A DNA stretch of 64,000 nucleotides, from contig MCFE01000001.1 in NCBI GenBank assembly GCA_002104905.1, positions 186,001 to 250,000 of the forward strand, read 5' to 3'. The stretch's first letter is position 1, and each line of letters begins with the position of its first letter. Shown one piece after another: positions 52,141 through 64,000 of the stretch. The DNA is from Basidiobolus meristosporus CBS 931.73. Taxonomy: Eukaryota; Fungi; Basidiobolomycota. The position numbers and the translations under genes are program-made. The notes under the pieces were generated by a model that worked only from the letters and a program-made list of their open reading frames with translations, was not told the DNA's origin and did no database searches.

Positions 52141-52979
52141 CAAAAAAAGAAAAAGAAGAAAAAGGGAAAATACTACTACCACAACTTGGGGTGCTTCCAA
52201 AATGGAGCCAAAGCCTATGTATGCTATATTTGGACTATCTGGCAATGCAGATATGTTCCATGGAGCAATTTGTACAAAGTTCTCATGCCAGAAACCCCAG
52301 AAGATCCTTGAAACCTCAACAAGATCTGTCAGATAGTGTAGTATATATTGGAGCAGATTATCTAATGCAGAGTCTTGATGTCTGCTGTCTATGGAGCTGA
52401 AAGAAAAAGGTCAAGGAGTAACCAGATGGTTTTTATGGACTTTAAGACAATGATAACTTCAGCTAAACTTGCAAACCATGTCCAAGGTTGAAAATAACCA
52501 TCAGGAGAATAAGGATAATCAAAGCCCTTATTAAGGAGAGTTTCACTACCAGAAAAGCACAATTGCTACTCTACAAGTGTATTCTGATAAGACAAAAGCA
52601 GCTGCATCAATCCAAATCAGTAGAAGCAATCTAAAAACAGCTACCAAGCAGCCTATGGTACTCTCAGATACCAAACTGGGTAAATCAAGAAGCAAATGGA
52701 CTCTGAATCCACAATCAATGAAGTAATCAGTCCAAAAAATAGTTACTCCTACTTAAGGAAGACAAAGAACACCATTTTAGACCATTTTTGTGGATTTGAA
52801 TCACTAAACAGATGTGGTTCAAGTGGTAGCAGACCATCTCAGCTCAGAGTAGATCAAAAATCTTTTTTTTGGCAATGTCATATGTGCCATAATGCCAGGA
52901 AATGAGGGTAATCTGGATCAGGCATAAATGACAAGACCTTAACTTAGCCCAATATAGGGCATTTCTTTTACCTCATATA
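52141..52979 (+). pseudogene. Possible piggyBac-like transposase C-terminal relic
   Basis: Weak motif resemblance only: DY..M...D....YGAERKRSRS..VF and C-terminal HF..F....RC......R....C..C. Confidence 0.3.
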
Positions 52980-53322
52980 TGTTGCAAGAGTCTTGAAGAT
53001 ATTGGAAGTGATTAGGATAACAAGTAGATTATGTGTTTTTCACTCAATGATTTATTGAATGTAAAAGTAGCATTTATACTTTTACATAGGCTTGACATTA
53101 CAAACACATTGAATAGGTTAAGGAAGGTCCCAAGAGCATGTGTGCAAAGCTTGGCACTGTTTGGACAGCTTTGAGAATGCTCTGGGTACCTGGTATTTTG
53201 GTGAAAATATTCTAAGTAAATCCCAACAAGGAATTTGGTCAGTATTCTCTAGGATTTGAAGGTAATGATCTAAGTGACTAAGTTAGGTAAATATTTAGGT
53301 GGAATTACAATTTTTTACAACA
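52980..53322 (-). repeat. C1 solo LTR
   Basis: TSD ATATA on both sides. Confidence 0.9.
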
Positions 53323-54323
53323 ATATAGAGTTTATATGAGAAAATTGATTGTCCCTGAGCCTAAAATGGACATACAGTGAAGTTGTCCAAATGAATTAGA
53401 CTGTTGCCTGGAAATAAGGATATCAAGTGCCAATAAGAAGGAAGAAGAAAATGCCTTAATAAGCAACGATAACCAACAAAGAAGGTACCCAAGACCTTAC
53501 AAAGGCAACAGCAACCTGTTTTGCAACTACTGCATGAGAAAAGGACATACACCAGACCAGTGTCTCAAAAACAGAGATAATCAGCAAAAGAAGCCTGAAT
53601 ATAGAAAAGCTGCAACAACTGAAGATAGACTATTCATATCTGCACTAAATATGGCCACAAACAAGGATTCCCAGTTGTGGTGTATTGATTCTGGAGCATC
53701 CCAACACTTTACATGCCAAGAAGAACTTTTACTGAATACTAAGAAACTCCAGTGAAGAAGGTTTTCACAGGTGTCAGTAGAACACTTGATGCAGTGGGAG
53801 AAGGAACTATCCAAGTAAACGTTAGAAGCAGTGAAGGAAGCCGTACAGAGACCTTTAAAGAAGCACTTTATGTATCAGAAATAGCCAGAAACCTACTATC
53901 TGTAAGCAAGGCCACAGCAGAAGGACTCAGCTTCAGCTTTGGCATTCTGGATGCAGGTTCACTGATCACAATGGTGCTCATATTACTTTGGGTATCAGAG
54001 ATCACAATCTGCATAAGTTAACTTATAGTCCATCATATCTGGAAGCCAATATAAGTAACTTGAAAGAAGAAACAACAGTGCTTTGGCACAGGAGATTTGG
54101 GTACATCAATTTTGATTATTTGTGCAAAATGATCAGAGATCAGCTAATTACCGGAGTAAAAATTGATCTCCCAGCTAATTTGGAGCACTGTGAAGCCTAC
54201 ATGTTAGTGAATCAAGCCAGGCAACTGTTCAAGAGCTCTGGGCTAATCAAAACTAAGAAAAGAATAGATATAATTCACTCAGATCTGTGTGGGCCTGTGC
54301 AAAATTCATCCTTAGATGGGATG

Positions 54324-54672
54324 TGTTGTAAAAATTTGTATTTCCACCTAAATATTCACCTAACTTAGTCACTTGGATCATCACCTTCAAATCCTAGAGA
54401 ATACTGACCAAATTCCTTGTTGGCATTTACTTAGAATATTTTCACCAAAATACCAGGTACCCAGAACATGAAAATTCTCAAAGTTGTCCAAACAGCCCCA
54501 AGCTTTGCACACATGTTCTTGGGACCTTCCTTAACCTATTCTACGTATTTGTAATGCCAAGACCAGGTAAAAGTATAAATACTACTTTTACATTCAATAA
54601 ATCATTAAGTGAAAACCACATAATCCACTTGTTCTCCAAATCACTTCCAATATCTCCAAGACTCTTACAACA
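54324..54672 (+). repeat. C1 solo LTR (young)
   Basis: TGTTG...CAACA; TSD GGATG on both sides; very similar to 62308-62653. Confidence 0.93.
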
Positions 54673-56098
54673 GGATGAAGTACTTGGTCACTATTATTGA
54701 TGATTATACAAAATACACATGGGTCTACTTCATGGATACAAAGGAAGAAGCTCTGTCTAAATTCAGGGAGCTTAAAGCCATGGTGGAGAGAGAAACTGGT
54801 GAAAAAATCAAGAAAATACACTCTGACAATGGTGAAGAATACACCTCAAAACTCTTCATCCACTTCTGCAAAATTCATGGGATAAAGCAAGAGACTGCTG
54901 TACCATACTCCCCACAGCAAAATGGAGTAGCAGAACATGTAAACAGATCAAAAATTGATACGTCAAGATCCACAATCCATGATCAAAAATTATCAAATGA
55001 TTTTTGACTGGAATTAGTTGCCACAGTTGTATACCTTAAAATAGGAGTTATAGCAAAATACATTGTGATTCTACTCCATTTGAAGCATGGTATGGGTACA
55101 GACCAAGTGCAGAACATCCAAGAATATTTGGGTGTACAGCATATGCCAAAAACTGCCCAGAAATCAGTTAAGATTTGAGCCAAAAAGCAAAAAATATATA
55201 TTTTTGGGCTACTGCAATGAGAGTAAAGTATACAGACTTTACAATACCAAAGCAAAGAAGCTTATCAAGCTCAGGGATGTGATATTTGATGAAAATTCAA
55301 AATTCTTACAAGAACTGACATCAGATGATGACAAAAACTTGATCTCAAGTCCATCAATATTGAGGATTAAATCAGAGCAAAACTATGAAAGCTTTTTCAC
55401 TCTGGAGGACTCTACAAACATGATTCAGCCTGATCCAGCTCCCAGATATATCCCAGAAGTGATCATTCCTGTATCAACCTCCTGGAGATCCAACTGGACA
55501 AGAAATAGCCCACATTACTATATAAATAAGGGTACAAACTTAGCCTATGCCTATTCAGTCCATATTGATGAGCTCCAGACTATAAAAGAGGCCCTAAAAA
55601 GCCCTAAGACAAGGTTTTGGAGATCTAAAATGATTGAGAAATATCAGGCTCTGATAGAAGGTCAAACTTAGGACTTGGTCAAAATACCTATCAACCAAAA
55701 ATCAGTTGGATGCAGGTGGGTCTTTAAGACAAAGTATAAGGCTGATGGTACACTTGAAAGATACAAAACCCTCTAAAAAATTATAGAGATGATCCCATCA
55801 AAAGGCCGTCACAAAGTTAATGTCCCATGACTGAGAGGTACTGATCTTGTCAGGACACCGTCTAGAGACCATTGAAAAATAATTGCACCCCAGATTTCAC
55901 AAAAAACTTTGTCAAAATTTTTCATCACATCAATGTATAAGTGGCTTTTGATTGGTTCCCTGCCAATATGCTCACTTTCTGATCCCAGACACTCTATTGC
56001 CTCCTACGTTTGTGTGAATTGATTGGCTATTGACTCTTTTCACACTCCTTACTTCCTGACTCAACTGTTTCTCTTACTTTTCATGCATACAAATTGAT

Positions 56099-58590
56099 TT
56101 ATTTCCATTGAAACTTCAGTTGTACCTCAATTGCCAATTGTATTGACCTATACAAGTCTCTATGCCCTAAACTAACATTAAGCCCAACCCCACACTCAAC
56201 AAGTAACTCCATTAAAATCCACCACTCAATAAGTATTTCTGCTGTAACGCTCTGGTTGCACAACTTTGGCAGGAACCCAACGGCTTTATGCCACTGTTTA
56301 TTCACGGGTTCCCACATGCCCTGGTCTTCAGCTGGCACTGCAAGGTCTAGCTCCTCATCTGCCAGTCTTTGCAATAAATCCTTGCAATATTCCAGCGCGT
56401 TTTCTTGAGCACTACTCTTGAAGAAGTGCTGCTGTTATGAATAGACACAAGGCAGGAGGAAAAGCTAGGCACAGCAGGAAAGGACTTAGGTGTGGACCAT
56501 CAAGGCAAGACAGGATTCAAGGCAAGGCTGTTTATTCAAGACCTGTGTTTATCAGACTGAAGAATACTTAAGGGGGGATAGGACTATATATACATTTTGG
56601 CTATACTGATGCCAAGAGATATTAGCTAACACTAATGGGGTTGTGGGTCTCCATATATGGTACTACACTATGAAAAATACAATGGGTAACTTCCATGGAA
56701 TGTTCCATTGTGTAACAATGGTTTGGAATGGTCAGGAACTTTCTGGAAGGTGGTAGAAGGTTCCAGAAGGAATCTCTTAGAAATTGAGCTAGGAAGCTGA
56801 AACTTGGTATGGGTGTTCATGGTGGTCATGTGATCATGACAGCTACAACCTCTTGGTGTGCCTATTAATGTTCCAAAACTCCACTGAAGGCATTGTGATA
56901 GTCTTTCAAGCTCTTGATGTTGTAGCCTTGTCTGTCAGTGGGATCTCCACTCTGTCAACAATGGAGGCTGTGGAGGCTGAGGAGGCTGTGGTAGACAAAT
57001 TGCCTTTTTCAGCACACTCATCCACCTTGCTGGAGTGTAGCTCAACTGGCTGCACTTCCAACTCTTGTGAAAACAGCTGTTTTCTTGTTGGTAATTCTTC
57101 TTGGCTATGATGGGATTAAGTCTGTTCCTGGCTTGCGGTGTTAATTGGCAAGAACTGCAGTTTTTTTTGCATGCCTCCTTGTCTCAGGCTTGGGTAGACA
57201 TTTTTCCCTTTACCTTTTCCTTTATCACTGCCAGGTCTTTCACTGCTACTTTGTCTGAGTGCTTCTTGTAAAGATCTATGTTTTCTCCTGGATAAATTCT
57301 GCTCTGACACATCTGTTTTGGCCTGCTTGTCCCTTGCTGGCACTCTTCTGGCAACCTGACATTTCTTTTCAGCTTGTTTTGAGCTCTCAACTGTAGTTGT
57401 GACAGGCTCCTGTAAAAGCGGCTGGTTTTTAACACTGCTAGGTCCTTCACTGCTACTTTGACTGGGTGCCTCTTGAGTGGTACTACGCTTTTTCCTTAAT
57501 AAATGTTGTGCCGGTGCATCCATGTCTGCCTGCTTGTCCTTAATTGGCACTCTTCCAGCTGCCTGATGTCTCTTTGATGCTTGTCTGGAGCTTTTGGCCC
57601 TGCTTGTAACAGGCTCTTGAGGAAGCCGCTGGTTTTTAGCCATGGCACCCTTGTTCTTCTGCCTTTGATAGTTTCTGCTATTCTTAAGATACTTTCTTAG
57701 TATACCAATGCTGGCCCAAAATCTGTTTGCCCATTTGAATCCAGGATAATGCTCATGGAACAAGTCAAGTGCATTCTGCTTGGCCTTGAGTTCCTGATGG
57801 TCACATGGTATGCCGGCCTTAAGGTAATGGTGTGCTAGACTTCTGACAGCCTCTTGTATATTAGCCCACTCTTCATTATTGTGCTCAACGGCTTCACAGA
57901 TCTTCAATGTCTTTTGATTTTTAGGCTTTGGTATAAACACCACATTGTCTCCCTCCCATGCTGCAATAGGTTTTCTGTGGGCTTTATCTCTGGGCACTGT
58001 TGTTGTGCTTCAAAGACTGTACGGTGTTCCTCTGCTGTTACATCCAGAAATGGCCCAATTCATGGCTGTGACATTGAGCTACTTGATTTCCTTCTTTGCA
58101 GCAAAGATACTGCTCTCTCTACCTGGGATATTGATTGCTCTACACATATTATCTGCTCATCCTGTATCTGGACTACTTCCTGATTTCTCTGGGCCATTGC
58201 ATCTATCCTATCAGCCACTGCACCTAATTGCTTCATCAATGATTTGGTATGAGCTGACAACATACTTGCTAATATGAGTGGTGGTGATAACATCATGGCC
58301 ACTTGCTGATCTTCAACAGAGGGCACTGCGTTTGCTACATTCTCATCTGCCTGAGCATAATGGTCAGCTTGTGGCTCCACAGAGGTTCTCAATTGCCTAC
58401 TTGACTGAGAGCCTGAGGAGTCCGCATTATTACCTTCAATGGGCACACTGTCCACAGGGCCTTTTTTGGATGTAGCCCTGCTTGTTGCACTGAATGTCAA
58501 AGCAAGCTGTTGTCCAACCATTCTTCTGTTGCCATCAGCAGTGGGGTTTGGTTGAGAACCAGACAACTTTGCTTTATTTTTTGGTGGCAT
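56099..58590 (-). pseudogene. Family B ORF2 (unknown function), divergently oriented to the transposase
   Basis: MPPKNKAK start, coiled-coil stretch, conserved NIQEAVRSL...KQNALDLFHEHYPGF...W...LRKYL block and C-terminal helical block retained in all five copies. Confidence 0.75.
56433..56841. repeat. Solo LTR (409 bp), third non-copia family
   Basis: TGTTATGA...TCATGACA; TSD GCTGC/GCTAC; absent from other B copies. Confidence 0.85.
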
Positions 58591-58812
58591 ATATATGGAA
58601 GTGAGTCAAATCAAAGGGGAAATAGTGTTATCTATACTTGTATATGTGGTGCCATAACTTTATTTGTAATGCTTACTATGGCAGGTCATCATTGAATCTT
58701 ACATTCATGTAAGTACAATGTCTCAAATTCAAGACTGTCTTAAGTTCACATGAGTATTGACCAAAAAGTGATATAATAGCGTTAAGTTGTTGAAGGTCAA
58801 ACTGTTTGCCCC

Positions 58813-61800
58813 ATGGACAAGACTACTTTGACTCAACACTGTAAGAGAAGAGAAAAAAGACCATGTGGTTATTGTGGCAAGCCTCTCAGCCATGACGCAC
58901 GCAGACTGCATAGTAAGTATTACATGGATCATGGCCAGTGTTTTGCCACCCAAGTCATATTTGACCATTCATTGGTTGCTACTGTACCAACATTATCTTG
59001 CCAGCCAGTTGATACTTCTATATTGACACCTGGCCATCTTTATCACCTTGTGCAAACTGAGTCAGGTGAGTTTGTGATGCCTTTAGGCTCACCTCAGCCT
59101 TCTGAATATGGCACACAGAGTGATAGCTCTGACAAAGAAGGTTCAATGATGGATTTTGAGCCTATCTCCCCTAACAGCAGTATCACGTATGAGCCCAGTC
59201 AATTCCTTTTATGCAGTGAGACAACACCTGTTGAAACAAATGCTAAGGATACTTTATGGGGCCAAGTGGGCCCAGTAATCCATCTATTGGTGAATGATGT
59301 AATGTTGTGGCTAGAGAAGTGGCGCATTTCCACTAATATCAGTAATAGGGGCTTTGAGGATTTATTACTACTTCTTGCCAAAATCATACCAGGATGCAAC
59401 TTACTATGTACATGGTACAAGTGGACTACTGTCATGTGGCTGGCAACATATGATCCAGAGACTGTCCTGATTCCAGCATGTGTTAACAGTTGCATGGCAT
59501 TCACATCTAAAAATGCTACCATTGCAACATGTCCAAATTATCAGGAATCCACCATCATTGAGGGAAAATATTGTTCACACTCCGGATATATTCCGGTCAT
59601 ACCCCATCTGAGGAAGCTGATGCAGTCCAACAAATATTGCAAAGCTATACAGTACCGCACTCAGTATCAATCAAGCTCAAACATATCTGATATATTTGAT
59701 GGCAAACATTACAAACAGCTAAGAAGCAAGGGATACTTTGAAGGTGTGTATGACCATGCCTTTGCTTTAGCACTTAAAGGATTCTCATTAAACAAGTACT
59801 CTACCAGCAAATCCTGCTGGCCACTGATTCTCATAAATCTGAATCTGCTGCCCATCTTACAGTATCAGAGCAATAATCTGACGGTAGTCTCACTGGTATC
59901 TGGGCCTAAATCACTGTCCAACCTGGATAGCTGCCTGTATCCATTACTGAATGAATTTTGTATGCTTTCCAGCAGGATAACAGTGAATGGCCATCATGTA
60001 AAAGCGCATATTGTTATCTGCATTGGAGATACACCAGCCATCAGCTAGATAGCAGGTTTTTCCGGGCACAATGGATGGTATTGCTGTCAAATGTGTGAGA
60101 TCCAGCAGATTTACTCCATAACTCACACACATTATTATTATCCAAACACCAGCACTAAGAACATCATCTTTCCACAGAGAGAATGTACAGAAGTAAGCAT
60201 TTAATTGCAGCAAAGTTGGCAAGCTATAAGCCATTGGCCAGAATATGGAATCAACTGGAAACCAGAGATACATAAGATAAAGGGTATCTATTGGAGCAAA
60301 AGCTTTCCACTGGGAGCAATGCATTTGCTTTTCAACAATATCCCTATACTGATGACCAAGTTGTACATGGGGCATTTCAAGCTAAATGAGCCCTTCAAGA
60401 TACCGGAGAAATTTGAAAAAATTGGCAAGATATTACAGAGTATCCGCTACCCTAAATACTTCTCATGGGCTCCAATTAATATTCATACTCATATGCAACA
60501 ATACAAATGCAAAGACTGGATGAGCTGGATATGTATTTATTTAAGTGGTGTTCTGAAGCCATTCCTACCAAGACAACATTGGAGGCATTGGGAGTCATAT
60601 GTGGACATTGTAGGAATACTTATCCAGAAGCAGATCACCAATGCCAACATGACTCATCTATAGCTGTTGTGTGAGGAGTTTGTGACGGGATTTGAGCGGC
60701 TATACTACAAACATAGAGCTGAACTTGTAGATCTCTGCCACTACTGTATCCATTCTCTACTCCATCTTGCATGGTGTGTGGAGAATATTGAGCCTTGCTT
60801 CACCTTTTGGGAGTTTCCTATGGAGCAGATGTGTGGGGAGATAGGAAGACAAGTCAAGTTGCAGGCACTACCATATTCCAATCTCATCAAGAATATTACC
60901 TTCAAGTCAGTCATGGATGTGATGAGTTGGCAAATGGAGGACAGCCAGAATGAGTTGGAAAATACTGAGGACAAATGTGCACATGGAGACACCTATGCCT
61001 ATGGCATTAAGAAGCTAAGGAGCCCCAATGCGTGGGTAATCAGTTAAGTAATGCAAAGTTGGGTTGGGTGCAACAAGCAACTAATTTTTATCAGGAAAAC
61101 TCCACCAAGATATGCCGGATTTCTTGTGGTCACAAGCCAACTTCTACACCATTCAATACGGAACTCACACAAACAAAAGCCAGAGCACACCTATAAGGGG
61201 GACTAGAATCCAGCAGGGAGAAGGAATATATTGGCTAAATACCAAGAGGCTCTTTGCCAATATTCAGGAGGTATTCATAGCAGAAGTGGCAACAACCAAG
61301 CATATGTTTGCAAGATGTATATGCTACCAGCAGTACAAGGTATATGGCAACTTTGCAAGTATCACACCAAAAAGCCATAAAGCTGAAGTGATAGAAGTAT
61401 GTCAATTGCGGCAGGAGTGCGCATTTGTAGAGGTTAGTAAGCAGGAGGCCATAGTTTTTTTTGATTCAAACTATATGTGGAATACCCAAGGTAGTAGTGG
61501 GTAAGCAAATAAAGAAAGGTGATTCTACAGTGGTATATATGAAATGCACAAGGGGAGGTAGAAAAAGGAAATACCATTTGGTAAATTAGTACGGTAGCAT
61601 TATACAGAACCAGTGGCAGGCTGTCATACTGCCAAGAAAAAGCCATCAGAGTCTTGCTGTGAGGCCGTCAAAATACTGTCATGTTTCTTGCTATATAAGG
61701 CAATTGGAAGTCCTGTCCAACTGGATCCACTTAAATAGTAATAGAGCGCTGAACAATCGCAACAATGCCATGCATATATTGTCACTGCACCAATCAAAAA

Positions 61801-61900
61801 TTGTCAAGTTTTATCCCTTTATTTGGCTGTAAAATTTGCAAAACACCATCATGATCTTGTTATAAGATCATCAGGAGGGTCACTAATCCCAAGCTGCTGT
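58813..61900 (+). pseudogene. Transposase_21-like (EnSpm/CACTA) transposase of B5; open for 411 aa, then stops and frameshifts; 3' end approximate
   Basis: ACVNSCMAF..CP, DIFDGKHY, ALKGF (ALDG in B1), WPLILINLNL, GP..LDSCLYPLLNE, GDTPA..IAGFSGHNG.YCCQMC, FWEFPMEQMCG. Confidence 0.88.
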
Positions 61901-62051
61901 TATTATGATGGTCTCTAAATGGGATCTTGACGGATGATCCGGATTGGATCCACCTGTGGGACCAAATTATTTTTCATAGGGAAAACAAGACTTGTAGCCA
62001 AAGGATACTCTCATACAAAAGGACATGATTATACTGAGACCTTTGCACCAG

Positions 62052-62307
62052 TGTGGTAGGATAAACATACCTCCCACAGACAAGTTTATTCATATAGTCA
62101 TTATGATATACTAATCCATTTTTATCTTATCAGTATTATCCATTCTTCTTTTGCCCATATTATCAGTATTATCCCCATATGATGTTTACCCTGATTAGTT
62201 ATTAGCATTAGTTATCCCAGATGTTATTCAGCCTTGTGATCAGTATATGTATCTACATAAGGCAAGTACCCGTGTCAGTACCCATGACACATGACCTAGG
62301 TCTGTAT
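62052..62307 (-). repeat. Fragment related to LTR family XY
   Basis: Begins TGTGG; shares AGGCAAGTACCCG.G.CAGTACCCATGACACATGA with the reverse complement of ~41430-41465. Confidence 0.65.
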
Positions 62308-64000
62308 TGTTGTAAGAGTCTTGGAGATATTGGAAGTGATTTGGAGAAGAAGTAGATTATGTGGTTTTCACTTGATGATTTATTGAATGTAAAAGTAGTA
62401 CTTATACTTTTACCTGGTCTTGGCATTACAAATACGTAGAATAGGTTAAGGAAGGTCCCAAGAACATGTGTGCAAAGTTTGGGGCTGTTTGGACTACTTG
62501 AGAATTTTCATGTTCTGGGTACCTGGTATTTTGGTGAAAATATTCTAAGTAATCCAACAAGGAATTTGGTCAGTATTCTCTAGGATTTGAAGGTAATGAT
62601 CCAAGTGACTAAGTTAGGTGAATATTTAGGTGGAAATACAAATTTTTACAACACTCCCACTCAGCTAAATGCTCATACTGACTAGTCCTAATTTTGACCT
62701 AAGATATTCAAACTTGTCTCTAGCTAATGGTTTGGTAAATATGTCTGCAATCATTTCATCTGTAGGACAGTAAACTATGCTAACTGAAGTTATTCTCTAT
62801 AGCTTCACATATGAAATGATGTCTAATATCTATGTGCTTGGTTTTAGCATGAAAAGTTGGATTTCTACCTAATTGTATACATCCTTGATTATCTTGAAAT
62901 AAAGTAATGGGCGTATTTCGACATAGGCCTAAATCTGTAAAAAGCTTTCTTAACCACATTGCTTCTTTTGTAGCTTCACAGGCTGCCATGTACTCTGCCT
63001 CTGTGGTGGAAAGTGCTACAGTTGGTTGCTTTCTTGAATTCCATGAAATTGCTGCTTTACAGTGAAGAAAGGTGTATCCTGTGGTGGATCTTCTGTCTTC
63101 TAAATTTTGTCCCCAATCAGCATCAGAGTATCCCACAAGATCCTGTTCTGAGTCCTTATAAGTGTATCTTAAGCAGATATCAGCAGTTCCTTTTAGGTAT
63201 CTAAAAATCCGCTTAACTGCTGCAATATGATCAGATTCATAGTTCTGATTATGTTGGCTGACAACTGCCACTGAATATGAGCTATCTGGATGTGTTCCAA
63301 GCATGATATACATCAGACTGCCAACCATAGATTGATGAGGAAAGTCAGGGCTTTCAGATGGCACCAAGCTCTGTTGATTTGGTTGAGTTTTGACCAAGTT
63401 AAGGTTTGTCTCCATTGGGGTAGCTGCCGGTTTACAGTCTTCCATTTTGTACTTCTTTAGTATATCTTGAATATACTTGGATTGACTTAGGGTGATAGTC
63501 TGGGTACTTCTGTCTATGGAGAACTTAATCCCTAAGTAGTAACCAAGTTCTCCTAGATTGGACATCTTGAACTCCTTAGATAGGCTGGATTTAGTTTCTT
63601 CCAATGTTTCTAGGTTATTGGCGGCTATAATAAGATCATCTACATATAGAGCTAATAGAACTGGATTTGCTCCATCTGGCTTATAGTATATACTATAGTC
63701 AGCATTACTCCTTTTGAAACTCAAAGATTCCAAATAAGAATCTATCTTGCAATTCCAGGCTCTTGGTGATTGTTTGAGACCATATAGTGACTTTTTAAGC
63801 TTGCAGACCAAGTGGGGGTTATCTTGGTCAACAAACCCATCAGGCTGGTCCATATACACATCCTCATCAAGTTCTCCATTCAAAAATGCAGTTTTTACAA
63901 CCATTTGATGAATAAAAAACTTATACTTGGCTGCAATAGCCAATATTAATCTGATGGAATTAAACTTGGCTACCAGTGCAAAGGTCTCAGTATAGTCAAG
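62308..64000 (-). mobile_element. Copia C1-f, 3' LTR (62308-62653), PPT and RT-RNase H; runs off the window
   Basis: TGTTG...CAACA LTR; PPT GAGTGGGAG at 62654-62. Confidence 0.93.
62780..63943 (-). CDS. Uninterrupted copia RT-RNase H portion of pol (387 aa visible)
   Basis: HQMVVKTAFLNG, LKKSLYGLKQSPRAW, LYVDDL, GYSDADW, STTEAEY, KHIDIRHHF with no stop codons. Confidence 0.9.
   Translation of the reverse strand: MAIAAKYKFFIHQMVVKTAFLNGELDEDVYMDQPDGFVDQDNPHLVCKLKKSLYGLKQSPRAWNCKIDSYLESLSFKRSNADYSIYYKPDGANPVLLALYVDDLIIAANNLETLEETKSSLSKEFKMSNLGELGYYLGIKFSIDRSTQTITLSQSKYIQDILKKYKMEDCKPAATPMETNLNLVKTQPNQQSLVPSESPDFPHQSMVGSLMYIMLGTHPDSSYSVAVVSQHNQNYESDHIAAVKRIFRYLKGTADICLRYTYKDSEQDLVGYSDADWGQNLEDRRSTTGYTFLHCKAAISWNSRKQPTVALSTTEAEYMAACEATKEAMWLRKLFTDLGLCRNTPITLFQDNQGCIQLGRNPTFHAKTKHIDIRHHFICEAIENNFS

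Larger units (their letters stand above)
55769..61981. mobile_element. Family B copy B5, near-complete EnSpm/CMC-like DNA transposon
   Basis: Termini CCCTCTAAAAAATTAT / (rc) CCCTATGAAAAATAAT; subterminal GATCCCAT..A.AG.CC.TCA at both ends; AAAA duplicated in the host RT codons. Confidence 0.88.
53410..62051 (+). mobile_element. Copia C1-e internal region (gag end to RT start), interrupted by a solo LTR and by B5
   Basis: WCIDSGASQH, WHRRFG, HSDNGEEY, PQQNGVAE; RT codons ERYK|TRLVAKGYS join across B5. Confidence 0.88.

Noticed and set aside
55791-55815. GATCCCATCAAAAGGCC as the family B terminus
   Set aside because: Homology among copies extends ~22 bp further out to CCCT.T.AAAAA; this motif is subterminal.
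791-63204. Numerous 60-110-aa ORFs in the supplied track as genes
   Set aside because: They are antisense or off-frame shadows of TE pseudogenes or LTRs, and they recur only because the repeats recur.

Overview
Eukaryotic, transposon-saturated DNA with strong CpG depletion; a large-genome fungus or other micro-eukaryote is inferred from the element types. No intact host gene is evident. The window is a deep nest of elements. It holds two Ty1/copia families (C1 with ~350-bp LTRs in many copies; C2 as one full copy), Ty3/gypsy relics and many solo LTRs with intact TSDs. It also holds an EnSpm/CMC-type DNA transposon (family B: Transposase_21-like ORF plus a divergent ORF2; one near-complete 6.2-kb copy) and a PHIS-type DDE_Tnp_4 transposon with AWT target duplications (family P; four copies plus a 734-bp foldback MITE). 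The non-TE outlier is a decayed, compact and highly divergent RNA-polymerase second-largest-subunit (RPB2/beta-like) gene of ~800 codons at ~35,176 to 28,440 (minus strand), split by the C2 copia. It does not look like a cellular Pol I/II/III gene and may be an endogenised large-DNA-virus or virus-like-element relic. A second outlier is a ~650-bp AT-rich island with a 124-125-bp palindrome-rich tandem repeat at 19,418-20,065. All translations, alignments and TSD/TIR calls were done by eye. Boundaries without a TSD are approximate.
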